Assembly: GCA_039030515.1 (NCBI GenBank)
Contig: JBCCEA010000001.1
Coordinates: forward strand, 64,001-128,000
DNA from: Myxococcota bacterium
GTDB taxonomy: Bacteria; Myxococcota_A; Polyangia; Polyangiales; Houyiibacteriaceae
Reading direction: 5' to 3'
DNA length: 64,000 bases
Positions within the stretch are counted from its first letter, which is position 1. The number at the start of each line of letters is the position of its first letter. The notes beneath the pieces are model-generated. The model was not told where the DNA came from. It made no database searches and saw nothing but the letters and a program-made list of their open reading frames with translations. The position numbers and the translations under genes were made by a program. Below are positions 17,636 through 26,949 of the stretch, in pieces.

Positions 17636-19857
17636 TATAGTTCCTTTCGATATTGAACGGTGAGTGCAAAGCGCCGGCCCGGTAGTGGATAGCCGACGAA
17701 GTCTTGGCCACGGGTGTCTCTCAGGTCCCTTGCTGCCCCAAGGAAGGAAACCCCGCAGTTGAAGCGCAGCGCTGCGCTTAGGTCGAGCCAGGTTGCCGCT
17801 GCGACCTCTACGAAATTTGCTGGATCATTGTAATAAGAGCCGCGATATCGCATGTGAAGCGTAATTGAGAGATTCTCCACGGCACCCAGAGCTCCGCTGT
17901 GATAGGTCGCTTGGGCTTGGGCGACCTGTCTAGGCCTCCACACCAGATCGCGCGCCCCGTCCCCAGTGGCGCGCATCAAGGTCGCGCTTCCGTTGACGCT
18001 TACCCGCTCCAGAAGGTGTTTTGCTGTATGTAGTGTGCCGGAAAAGCCCGCCTCGACGCCCAGGGTCTCCGCGTGGTTGAGGTTTTCGGCTTTTGCGGTT
18101 CCACGTGAGTTTTGCCGGTATTGGATCAGGTTGCGAAGGTCACTGTGGAAACCACGCACCTCTCCTTGAATCTCTAGAAGTGACCCTCTCTTCCGAAACA
18201 CTGCCCCAAAATCCAAGTTTCGTCCCCGCTCGGGGTTGAGATCGGTGTTTGCTTCGAGTGCACCGCGATCGCCAAAGAGCTCCAGCACCGAGGGTGTGCG
18301 CACTCCGGTCGAAATTGAGGCGACGAGGCTGAGGAACGGAAGAGGCGTTGCGGTTGCGCCCAGGCGGTAGACCGGTTCGATCAGGGTGTCGCTCCGAGAG
18401 GTTTGCGTGCCGAGTAGCTCTCCCTGAATTCGGGCTCGGGTACCGTAGACCTGGATACTGGGTCGCAGAGTCCAATAGGTACGAAGCGCTTCTCCATGAA
18501 GGTTGAATTCAACAGCGCCTCGCATGGTCGCTCGATCCGAATCTTGCTGCGGGGTGCCGAGTGCGTTGTCCGGCAGATATCGATCGCGCCGTACTGCGAG
18601 GAGCGTGGTGATCTCGAGATACTCGGCGACCGAAAGCTCCAAGGAAGAGCGTAGATGCATCGCGCTGATCCGATCGTCTGAAATTTCGCGACCCAAGCCA
18701 ATTTCACCAAAGCGATCGATGAACTGGCGGCGCTGATGGCCTCCTCCCCACAACAGCCCAACGCGGTGTCCTCGTCCAAAAGGCTGAATCAAAGAAGCGC
18801 TGCCGATTCCCTGTGTCTCGTTTCGGCGAGAGTGGCGGGCGTAGATCGCGGAGGGTCCGGGCGCACCACCTTGCCTTGAGAGTGCAAGGAGCGCGATCTC
18901 CAAAGTCCCTCCAGACTCGAGTTCGCTGCGGCTGTGAAACAGCCCGTGACCGCCGAGCACCTGTGCGTTTTGTCGCCTGCGACTCTCGTCGTCGCTCGGG
19001 TCGAAGACCGTGCCGTTGTCGTAGTGGATCGGGTAGTCATTTTGGCTGCCGTAGGCACCGACCGAGCTCACCACCATGGTGCGGTTGCTCCAGACCACCG
19101 CAGATGCCGACGATCGGTGGGTACCAAAACTCCCCCAGCCCGTTTCGAGCATCAGGTAGTCCCGATAGTCTCGCCGCGGCTTGAGCCGCACCACGCCTCC
19201 GATAGACGGTGAGAGAAGCCAAGCTGGCGCTCCTCCCCGGAATACCTCGAGCGATTCGAACGCCTCCAGCGGAAGCAAGCTGAGGTCCAACGGGCCGGTG
19301 TCTGGTCCGGTGAGCGGAAGGTCTCCCAGCATGTACACGGTATGGCCAAACTGCGCTCCTCGGAGCGCAAGTCTTGAACCACTGCCCATGCCTCCCACCG
19401 CGACCACATGGGATCCTGGGGTCTGGCGTAGGACCTCGGAGGTGGTGGCCATCGCGACATCTGTTGCCGCCGGTACTTCTGTGCCCGAGGCGCTCGGGTC
19501 CAGTCCGTGAAGCGCGATCGGGCCCGGGTGGGCGACCGCTCGGGCCTGATACGCAGAGGCGCCTACATCGGTCGAGCCTGGATCGTTCGGATCGGGGTTC
19601 GTGTTCGCTGCGGGCTGTGCCTGTGCGGACTCCTTCGCAGATTCGTTCGATGCGGTTTGCTCCGTTGGGGTTTGAGCAAGGCTCCTCTGTGCCTGCACCG
19701 CGGGATGCAGCAGCGACCAACCGAGCAACACCCCAAAGGTTCCGGCCCCAGGAAAGACACGCTGGTGACGATGCACGCTCCAGCCCCGAGACGGTACGGC
19801 CGCGAATGATGCGACGCGCTCGGAGAGATACGTGGGATGGGGCGGGGTTGGCTTCAT
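17635..19857 (-). CDS. btuB: TonB-dependent receptor, BtuB-like corrinoid transporter
   Basis: Plug motifs (LRQTPG, LALRG, LEVFRGG), barrel motif NTDLNPERG, C-terminal YPLPGRRF; lies downstream of a cobalamin riboswitch. Start uncertain. Confidence 0.85.
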   Translation of the reverse strand: MKPTPPHPTYLSERVASFAAVPSRGWSVHRHQRVFPGAGTFGVLLGWSLLHPAVQAQRSLAQTPTEQTASNESAKESAQAQPAANTNPDPNDPGSTDVGASAYQARAVAHPGPIALHGLDPSASGTEVPAATDVAMATTSEVLRQTPGSHVVAVGGMGSGSRLALRGAQFGHTVYMLGDLPLTGPDTGPLDLSLLPLEAFESLEVFRGGAPAWLLSPSIGGVVRLKPRRDYRDYLMLETGWGSFGTHRSSASAVVWSNRTMVVSSVGAYGSQNDYPIHYDNGTVFDPSDDESRRRQNAQVLGGHGLFHSRSELESGGTLEIALLALSRQGGAPGPSAIYARHSRRNETQGIGSASLIQPFGRGHRVGLLWGGGHQRRQFIDRFGEIGLGREISDDRISAMHLRSSLELSVAEYLEITTLLAVRRDRYLPDNALGTPQQDSDRATMRGAVEFNLHGEALRTYWTLRPSIQVYGTRARIQGELLGTQTSRSDTLIEPVYRLGATATPLPFLSLVASISTGVRTPSVLELFGDRGALEANTDLNPERGRNLDFGAVFRKRGSLLEIQGEVRGFHSDLRNLIQYRQNSRGTAKAENLNHAETLGVEAGFSGTLHTAKHLLERVSVNGSATLMRATGDGARDLVWRPRQVAQAQATYHSGALGAVENLSITLHMRYRGSYYNDPANFVEVAAATWLDLSAALRFNCGVSFLGAARDLRDTRGQDFVGYPLPGRRFALTVQYRKEL

Positions 19858-20040
19858 CGTGGCAGAGGGCCACCCCGGGAACGGTATCGGACAAGCAAAC
19901 CAGCGCTCAGGCACCGGAGATGCGATGGTCGCTTTAGGCAACTCAACCGAGAGGTTCAACGCTCCCGCTGCCTTCCGATGACCGCATCGGCTCGTCTTCA
20001 ACCGCCATCCCCGAGGCGAGGTCAAAGTGCACCTAATTTG

Positions 20041-20234
20041 AGCAGGTCTCCGGACTGACGGCCGTGAACCAGGTGGCCTTCCCAACGAGCCCTCCGGCTT
20101 GGGGGATTCCCATCCGAAAGCGTCTCGTCAGTGGCATGATCACCCGGGCGTAGACCGAACACCGTGGCGGGTCCGCGTCGGAATCGCACCGACTTCCCTC
20201 TTGGAACTGCCGGTTTTCTCTCCGGATTCCTGCT
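20041..20234 (-). ncRNA. Cobalamin (B12) riboswitch
   Basis: Minus strand: AGCAGG...AAGAGGGAAGTCGGTGCGATTCCGACGCGGACCCGCCACGGT...GCCACTG...GGGAAGGC...AGTCCGGAGACCTGCT (B12 box; P1 AGCAGG/CCTGCT). Confidence 0.95.
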
Positions 20235-20377
20235 GATTGCAAAAAGCAACCAACCCAAAAGGCACACCACACTGCGATCCTCGCAGGCGGAAGTCAACTC
20301 GGTTTGCGGTCTCGGATGTCGCTCGATGAAGCCTGGGTGAGAGCGACGCTAGGCCACGATCGAGTGCGCCCTCAGAG

Positions 20378-21136
20378 ATGACGGTCTATGACTCTTCGAT
20401 GCGCCCCACCGTCGAGCTTCGTCGTCGCGCCTGCGTGGTGCGCTTCCCCAAGCCCCAACGCATGCTGAGCTGGGCTGTGCTTCAAGGGGGTATGGTGGTT
20501 TCCGATACCGTGGCGTGGCTCGAAGTTCGAGGAGAAGAGCTTCCTGCCGATGTGAAACCAGAGTGGGTGGCTGAGCAACGTCTCAAGGAAGAGGCTCTAG
20601 TGGATGCAGTCACCCTGATGACGAGCCGTCGTATCGATACGCTGCAGGAGACTTGGTCGGGAATCGACGAGGTTCATGTGAGGTGCTGGTCGACGACGGG
20701 TTTGTCCAATGCCGTTCATATTCGCGGTGCTCTCGGTGCTCAAGGGGATCACGCGAATCGAGCTGCCTCGAGGTTCGGGACGATCAACGCGCTCTGCCAA
20801 GTGGACGTGCCTCTTTCGTTTCCTGCGAGCATGGAAGCGCTTTCCCTAGTTGCTGAGGCTCGAACGGCCGCGGTGATCGAGGCCTGCGCTGCGCTTCCTG
20901 AGCGGCCTGCATGGACCGGGACCGGGACCGACTGCATCGTCGTCGCTTCACCCATCGACGAACAGGTACCTCATGCCTACGCGGGCAAGCACACCAAGCT
21001 AGGCCAGGCGATCGGTCAGGCTGCGTTCGATTCGTTTTCTGCCGGGATTGCGGCTTGGCTTGAGGAAGTGCGGCAGTGCACCGAATCCCACGCGCACTCT
21101 CGGTGTTTTGGCGCCGTGGGCGCAGAGGAAGATTGA
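20378..21136 (+). CDS. cbiZ: Adenosylcobinamide amidohydrolase
   Basis: LSWAVLQGG, TTGLSNA, GTIN, EARTAA, TGTGTDC, YAGKHT. Confidence 0.88.
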   Translation: MTVYDSSMRPTVELRRRACVVRFPKPQRMLSWAVLQGGMVVSDTVAWLEVRGEELPADVKPEWVAEQRLKEEALVDAVTLMTSRRIDTLQETWSGIDEVHVRCWSTTGLSNAVHIRGALGAQGDHANRAASRFGTINALCQVDVPLSFPASMEALSLVAEARTAAVIEACAALPERPAWTGTGTDCIVVASPIDEQVPHAYAGKHTKLGQAIGQAAFDSFSAGIAAWLEEVRQCTESHAHSRCFGAVGAEED

Positions 21137-21693
21137 TGTCTCATTTGTTGCTGGTAGGTGGGGGATCTCGCTCGGGTAAGAGCGAATACGCGTTGCAGCG
21201 CGCACGAGAGATCTCGCCAACGAGAGCGTTCGTGGCGACAGCGCAGGCGTTTGATGACGAGATGAGATCTCGCATCGCGCGACACAGAGCAGAGCGAAAA
21301 GGTCAGTTCGATAGCTTCGAATCACCAACCGAACTCGTAGCGCTCCTCAGTACGCTCGAGCATGAGGTGGTCGTGGTCGACTGCCTGACGCTTTGGATGA
21401 GCAACTTGCTTCTCGAAGACAGGTCTGACGCTGAGATTCTCCTTAGGGTAGATCGGCTGGTCGATTGTTGCGTGCGTCGCGAAGGAACGACGCTGCTGGT
21501 GACGAACGAAGTAGGCCTTGGCATCGTGCCCGAACATGCTCTTGCTCGCCGGTTTCGAGATCTTGCGGGATTTGCCCATCAACGGCTTGCGGCCGCGGCC
21601 GACGAAGTCGTTCTTTTGGTATTTGGCATTCCTCTCAAGATAAAACAGGAAGCGTCCGACAATGCCGACTCTTCTCTCCGAGAACATCCGTGA
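21136..21693 (+). CDS. cobU: Bifunctional adenosylcobinamide kinase/cobinamide-phosphate guanylyltransferase
   Basis: GGSRSGKS, RIARHR, VDCLTLW, NEVGLGIVP, RRFRDLAG; TGATG overlap with cbiZ. Confidence 0.96.
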   Translation: MSHLLLVGGGSRSGKSEYALQRAREISPTRAFVATAQAFDDEMRSRIARHRAERKGQFDSFESPTELVALLSTLEHEVVVVDCLTLWMSNLLLEDRSDAEILLRVDRLVDCCVRREGTTLLVTNEVGLGIVPEHALARRFRDLAGFAHQRLAAAADEVVLLVFGIPLKIKQEASDNADSSLREHP

Positions 21694-21739
21694 CTCTAAG
21701 CATCGCATGTGCCGCTGACCTCCGTAGATCGCTCCTCTG

Positions 21740-22918
21740 ATGAGCGACGGTTTCGCACAGATCCTGCTCGCAGCGGCGCTTTTGTGGGATCAAAGGCTCG
21801 GAGAAATGCCTTCAAAGTTGCACCCGGTGGTCTGGTTTGGGGCGGGAGTCGATCTAGTGCGGCGAGTCAGTTTCAGACCGGCAGCGTCGCCAGCGATGCA
21901 GTGTTTCGCCGGAATGCTCACGCTTGCGTTGATGGTCTTGGCGGCAGGCTCGTTTGGTGGAGTCCTGCAGGTGCTTCTCGCCTGCCTGCAGGACTCAACC
22001 TGCCTGCACGATCTTCTCGGTAGTTGGGTTTCTGTCCCAGTGCGTTCGGCGCCTGATACACCCTCTGCGTCCCCGTTCTCCTCAGGGTTTCCGAGCGGAG
22101 GTTCGATCATCTTCTCCGTACCTTCGCCGATCGCCCTTGCGGGCTCCGTGTGCTCGCTTGTCTTGGGAGCCTACTTTTTGAAGTCTACGTTTGCGGCTCG
22201 TGCGCTTGTCGAGGCCGGCAGGCGAATGGTTCGCGAGGCCAAGACGGCTCGTGAGGCCAAGACGGCTCGCGAGGTAACGGGGGAAGACTGCCTTGCGCCG
22301 CTTCGTCGTGAACTCACCAACCTTTGCAGTCGCGATCCGACAGACCTCAGCGAAGAAGAACTGTTTGCCGCTACGATCGAATCGCTGACCGAGAATATTT
22401 CAGACAGTGTTGTTGCGCCGCTAATGTATTATCTCTTTTTTGGGATCCAAGGTGCGATCGTCTATCGCGCGATCAACACCATGGATGCGATGATCGGCTA
22501 TCGAGGACAGTATCTTTGGTTTGGCAAAGCCGCTGCCCGAGTCGACGACTTAGTCAACTGGGTTCCCTCTCGCGTTACTGCGTTCATCATGGTCGTTGCG
22601 TCGCTACCGCTCGGGTTGTCGCTCCGCGACGGGATTCGCATATTCTTTCGCGACCGGTATCGAACCGAGAGTCCCAACGCGGGTCAGCCGATGGCCATGG
22701 CAGCAGGTCTATTGGGGGTGCGACTAGAAAAACGCGAGCATTACGTTTTGCATGCGGAGGCACCTTCCCCGAAGCGTAATGATCTCGAATGCGCTATTCG
22801 TCTCACCTCGCATACTTGTTTTCTTGCGCAGCTGCTTTGTCTGGTGTTTGTGCTGTGCCTGCCTTTGCCTTTGCCTTGGGCGTTTGGAGGTATGTATCGA
22901 TGCGGGTGGTTTGAGTGA
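21740..22918 (+). CDS. cbiB: Adenosylcobinamide-phosphate synthase (CbiB/CobD)
   Basis: HPVVWFG, IESLTENISDSVVAPL, YRAINTMDAMIGY, SPNAGQPMA. Confidence 0.93.
   Translation: MSDGFAQILLAAALLWDQRLGEMPSKLHPVVWFGAGVDLVRRVSFRPAASPAMQCFAGMLTLALMVLAAGSFGGVLQVLLACLQDSTCLHDLLGSWVSVPVRSAPDTPSASPFSSGFPSGGSIIFSVPSPIALAGSVCSLVLGAYFLKSTFAARALVEAGRRMVREAKTAREAKTAREVTGEDCLAPLRRELTNLCSRDPTDLSEEELFAATIESLTENISDSVVAPLMYYLFFGIQGAIVYRAINTMDAMIGYRGQYLWFGKAAARVDDLVNWVPSRVTAFIMVVASLPLGLSLRDGIRIFFRDRYRTESPNAGQPMAMAAGLLGVRLEKREHYVLHAEAPSPKRNDLECAIRLTSHTCFLAQLLCLVFVLCLPLPLPWAFGGMYRCGWFE
22231..22274 (+). repeat. 18-bp in-frame tandem duplication (REAKTA x2.4) in cbiB
   Basis: TCGCGAGGCCAAGACGGC TCGTGAGGCCAAGACGGC TCGCGAGG. 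Confidence 0.9.
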
Positions 22919-24570
22919 TGCCGGTCTCCGATATCGAGGCCTTCTCGAACAAGGTTTCTGCACGAGGAGAAGGGCGCAACGCTCCGGTCTTGATGATCCA
23001 GGGCACGGCGTCGGACGTCGGTAAGTCGCTGGTCGTGGCAGCGCTTTGCCGGATCTTCAAGATGCGGGGCTGGCGCGTGGCTCCCTTCAAGGCGCAAAAC
23101 ATGGCGCTCAACTCTGCCGTGACGTCCGAGGGGCATGAAATAGGACGTGCTCAGGCGATGCAGGCGGTAGCGGCGGGGGTTTTGCCTCACGTGGACATGA
23201 ATCCCATTTTGCTCAAGCCTGAAGGCGAACTCCGCTCTCAACTTGTGGTGCTTGGGACCTCCAGGGGGGTGATGTCTTTTTCAGCGTACCGCGCCCGGCA
23301 TGACGAGCTGGCCGAGGTGGTCCTAAGGTCGCTCGATCGGTTGCGCCGTCGCGTCGATTTGGTTGTGGCGGAAGGAGCTGGAAGCCCGGCGGAGATCAAC
23401 CTCCGCGATGGAGACCTGGTCAATATGTTCGTCGCCAAGGCGGCTCAAGCGACCGTACTGCTCGTTGGCGATATCGATCGAGGGGGCGTATTTGCGTCGC
23501 TGCTCGGCACCCTAAAGCTTCTCAGTCCAGACGAGCGCGCTTTGGTTCAGGGCCTGATCGTCAATAAGTTTCGGGGCGACCCCGCACTCTTTGAAACTGG
23601 GATCGGCTACCTCGAGAAGTCGAGCGAGCTGCCGGTGCTCGGAGTACTGCCCTACCTGCCTTCGGTAGGTGTTGCCGAAGAGGACTCGGTGGCGCTCGAG
23701 CGCAGGCGGGATCGTCCTCGGGCCCCTTTGGACGAGATCGAGATCGCGGTGGTACGCCTGCCGCATCTCTCCAACTACGACGACGTGCAGCCACTTGAGG
23801 CAGAACCGGGGGTCTTGGTCCGGTTCGTGGACAACCCTCGCGATCTCTTTGGGGCGGACCTCATTCTACTACCGGGCTCCAAAAAGACGGTCGCCGACTT
23901 GGCTTGGCTGCGTGCGACCGGCTTTGCCGACGCGTTCTCTCGCGTGAGTCGTGAGCTACCGATCATCGGGATTTGCGGCGGATGTCAGATGCTTGGAGAA
24001 GTTTTGGAAGATCCAGAAGGCGTCGAAAGCGCTGCCGGCTCGTACGAAGGACTCGGTTTGCTCCCGCTACGAACTCGCTTCGGCCCGGTGAAGCGCACGA
24101 CGCAGGTGATCGCGACACCCTTACAGTCTGTGCCGTGGATGACTCCCGAGCTGCAGGATGAACAGCTGCATGCCTACGAAATTCACCATGGGCGTTCGAC
24201 ACGGCTTCGCGGACCTGCCGCATTTTGTCTTCTGCAGCGCCACGGGACCTCGATGCATCTGCCGGAGGGTTCGGTTCAAGGTCGCGTGGTCGGCACCATG
24301 CTGCACGGCTTCTTCGATGAGTCCTGGTTCCGAGGGGCATTGCTTCACTGGCTATCTCAAATCAAGGGAGCGTCGCTCGGAGCCGGGCGAGTGTCTGCAT
24401 CCAATTTGCGTTCTGGAGGCACAAACGCTTCCGACCGTCCCGCTCCTAAGCGTTCTGAACTCGGGATGCATTCAGATCCCGGGATGCGTTCGGATCCCTA
24501 CGATGATTTGGCTCGCTCCTTTGGAGCATCCCTCGACATTCAGCGAATCGAAGCCATGGTCGAAAGATGA
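22915..24570 (+). CDS. cobQ: Cobyric acid synthase
   Basis: QGTASDVGKS, PFKAQNM, EGAGSPAEINL, DIDRGG, GICGGCQMLG, YEIHHG. Confidence 0.97.
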   Translation: MMPVSDIEAFSNKVSARGEGRNAPVLMIQGTASDVGKSLVVAALCRIFKMRGWRVAPFKAQNMALNSAVTSEGHEIGRAQAMQAVAAGVLPHVDMNPILLKPEGELRSQLVVLGTSRGVMSFSAYRARHDELAEVVLRSLDRLRRRVDLVVAEGAGSPAEINLRDGDLVNMFVAKAAQATVLLVGDIDRGGVFASLLGTLKLLSPDERALVQGLIVNKFRGDPALFETGIGYLEKSSELPVLGVLPYLPSVGVAEEDSVALERRRDRPRAPLDEIEIAVVRLPHLSNYDDVQPLEAEPGVLVRFVDNPRDLFGADLILLPGSKKTVADLAWLRATGFADAFSRVSRELPIIGICGGCQMLGEVLEDPEGVESAAGSYEGLGLLPLRTRFGPVKRTTQVIATPLQSVPWMTPELQDEQLHAYEIHHGRSTRLRGPAAFCLLQRHGTSMHLPEGSVQGRVVGTMLHGFFDESWFRGALLHWLSQIKGASLGAGRVSASNLRSGGTNASDRPAPKRSELGMHSDPGMRSDPYDDLARSFGASLDIQRIEAMVER

Positions 24571-25223
24571 AGGAAGAGAACGGTCTTGCGAGCCAAGAGA
24601 CGCCGAATGCAGAGGACACTGAGGATCAACATCGCGAAAAGATGAAGGCCTTGCAAATGCGGCAACGTCAGGCGCGAAGGCAGAAGACGGTGAGCCGCGG
24701 TATTCTGCTCGTGCACACCGGAGACGGGAAGGGTAAGTCGTCTTCAGCGTTTGGCGTTGCGATCCGTGCTGCGGGCCACGGACAAAAGGTCGGCATCGTT
24801 CAATTCATCAAGGGCACTTGGAAAACCGGTGAACAAGCGGCGCTCGCGCGCTTTCCCGAAATCGAACATGTCGTCTCAGGAGACGGCTTTACCTGGGATA
24901 CGCAAGACCGAACGCAGGATATCGCCTCTGCTGAACGAGGGTGGGGCGAGGCGCAGCGCATGATCGAAGCCGCTCGAGTCGATTCCAAGGCCTACCAAGT
25001 GATCATATTGGACGAGCTCAACATCGCCCTCCGCTACGACTACCTCCGGATCGAAGATGTCGTCGAAGTGTTGAAGAACAAGCCCGCTGAGCTGAGCATC
25101 GTCGTCACTGGACGCGACGCCAAAGCGGAGCTCATCGAGATCGCGGATACAGTCAGCGAAATGCGCTGCGTCAAACACGCCTACGAAGCTGGAGTGCGCG
25201 CACGCAGAGGGGTCGAGTTTTGA
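24567..25223 (+). CDS. cobO: Cob(I)yrinic acid a,c-diamide adenosyltransferase
   Basis: HTGDGKGKSSSAFG, QFIKG, GDGFTW, LDELN, VTGRDA. Confidence 0.96.
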   Translation: MKEENGLASQETPNAEDTEDQHREKMKALQMRQRQARRQKTVSRGILLVHTGDGKGKSSSAFGVAIRAAGHGQKVGIVQFIKGTWKTGEQAALARFPEIEHVVSGDGFTWDTQDRTQDIASAERGWGEAQRMIEAARVDSKAYQVIILDELNIALRYDYLRIEDVVEVLKNKPAELSIVVTGRDAKAELIEIADTVSEMRCVKHAYEAGVRARRGVEF

Positions 25224-25261
25224 ATATTGCTCCTAAACGTGCGTGCGCCTTACGCGTTTAG

Positions 25262-25310
25262 GCATTGTTACTCAAGCATTGTTACTCAAGCATCGTTACT
25301 CAAGCATCGT
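25262..25310. repeat. 14-bp tandem repeat x3.5 at the bolA 3' end
   Basis: GCATTGTTACTCAA x2, GCATCGTTACTCAA, GCATCGT; spans the bolA stop. Confidence 0.93.
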
Positions 25311-25554
25311 CGCCCTGAAAGGACTGTGGCGTATAGGTTTTCAGCGCCAGCGCGTGCACTGGTCCCGCCATCAATTCACCGAGCGCCTTATAGACCATCT
25401 GGTGCTGTTTGATGCGCGAGATTCCCTCGAACGACGTAGAGACCACGACTGCCTCGTAGTGATCCTTCGTTCCCGTCAGGTCCTTTACGGAGACGTGGGA
25501 AACTCCCGTGATGTGCTCTCGGATTCGTGCTTCGACCAGGTCCGGCTCGATCAT
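25300..25554 (-). CDS. BolA/IbaG family protein
   Basis: DHYEAVVVSTSFEG, RIKQHQMVY, VHALALKTYTP. Confidence 0.93.
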   Translation of the reverse strand: MIEPDLVEARIREHITGVSHVSVKDLTGTKDHYEAVVVSTSFEGISRIKQHQMVYKALGELMAGPVHALALKTYTPQSFQGDDA

Positions 25555-25590
25555 GGGAGACACCATAGCAGCTTTGTGAGTCCGCACCCT

Positions 25591-26829
25591 TCAGAGTCGA
25601 ATCGCCTGCAGACGTCGGTTGACGTCGCGGGCGAGCGCGAGCTCTTGGTCTCGAGGTAACGATGTGGTCGCAGCAAAGAGAGCGAACGCTGCAAGTTCAT
25701 GCAGTGCCTGGTGCAGTGCCTCGACCGGGTTTTCCGCATCGCTTTCGCGAAGTGAGGTCAACACTCTCTCGGGCTGCACAGAGCCGTCTTCTTCGACCCT
25801 ACTGCCGAAGTAGTCTTCGTAGCCGCTGCCCTGAATCCAGGCGTTTAGGGTCTCATGGGTCTGATCGACCCCACCATAGGTTGCCACCGCAAAAAATACG
25901 TCACGCATGACCTCGTTGAATCCGGACAGGAGTCTAAGGACCGCCTCGGTGTCCAAGCGATCAGGGCTGCGAAGCTCGACAAAACCCCGCTGCAGAAGGT
26001 GGTAAATCGACTTCGTGGTTTCGAAAAGATCCTTGCCGGTGGCTCGAGCGATGTCTTCGATGGAACGGTTGCCGTCGCACTGATAGACGACCATCGCCAC
26101 TTCCGGCTCCAGCGAGGTGCGACCGACCCTTCCGGTGATCTCCGGACAAAGGTCCGTAGAAGGAATTCGCTGCTGAAACAGGGTCATTTCGTCGATTCGC
26201 TGCACTCCCTCCATGAGTAGCCCCTGGATCGGCAGATGCATTGGGGTTTCTGGAGGTGCATTTTCGTTTGCGGTGGTGAAGAGATAGCACCCAGCGGGTA
26301 CGAGGAGGGCTCCATAGGCGATCTGCTTGGCCTGTGACTGCAATGCGCTGAAAAGCCTTTCTCGGTCGATATGTCCGGAAGCGATCAGGGCTTCCGCAAG
26401 GCCGCGATCGCTGTCGAGTGTATCCGCGACCTCCAGGAGCTGCTGCTTGGTGATCATGCCGAGGCGATACAGCACCTGGCTGAGACGCTCCGCTTTGACG
26501 GTGCTCGTGGCGCCTTTAAGAGCCGCCTGGTCGAAAGATAGGGTGCGACGCTCTGAGGCCCCCAGCACGGTGAAGTCACCGCGCCAGTTCGATGACGCGA
26601 TGACGCTTATCATCTCGATGATGGTCATGCGGTGGATGACTTCGCCGGCCATCAAGATGCGACTGTCGTGCTGAGAGCTGCCTCGTCGAAGCACGATGAA
26701 GTCGTCGCTTCGGATGGCTGCATTCCAAGCATCGTCCGGTCCCGCCAAAAGAGGTGTGCCGTCAGCGCTGCGGATGACGCCGTCTCGGTCGACGATCACG
26801 TTTCCCACCTGAGTGCTCACCCGCGTCAT
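25591..26829 (-). CDS. DUF4388 (PATAN-like) domain protein with a winged-helix-like C-terminal part
   Basis: IEMISVIASSNWRGDF, RLSQVLYRLGMI, GLLMEGVQRIDE, CDGNRSIEDIAR. Start uncertain. Confidence 0.75.
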   Translation of the reverse strand: MTRVSTQVGNVIVDRDGVIRSADGTPLLAGPDDAWNAAIRSDDFIVLRRGSSQHDSRILMAGEVIHRMTIIEMISVIASSNWRGDFTVLGASERRTLSFDQAALKGATSTVKAERLSQVLYRLGMITKQQLLEVADTLDSDRGLAEALIASGHIDRERLFSALQSQAKQIAYGALLVPAGCYLFTTANENAPPETPMHLPIQGLLMEGVQRIDEMTLFQQRIPSTDLCPEITGRVGRTSLEPEVAMVVYQCDGNRSIEDIARATGKDLFETTKSIYHLLQRGFVELRSPDRLDTEAVLRLLSGFNEVMRDVFFAVATYGGVDQTHETLNAWIQGSGYEDYFGSRVEEDGSVQPERVLTSLRESDAENPVEALHQALHELAAFALFAATTSLPRDQELALARDVNRRLQAIRL

Positions 26830-26949
26830 GGTAGCGGCTGTGGCTCGACTACGTCGTGCAAAAGTGCATTTACTGCCCATGGCTTCGGTGGGTTTCGGGG
26901 GCTGTCCCAGGATCCGCCGTCGTGGTAGGGGCATTTTAGGAGGCCGTTT

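Noticed and set aside
18186..18196. Short match (CCTCTCTTCCG) to the tRNA 3' end as a possible att site
   Set aside because: It is only about 11 bp, lies inside btuB coding sequence, and there is no integrase nearby.
19858..20085. ORF-track N-terminal extension of the TonB receptor
   Set aside because: It starts inside the riboswitch aptamer and is more likely the expression platform than coding sequence.
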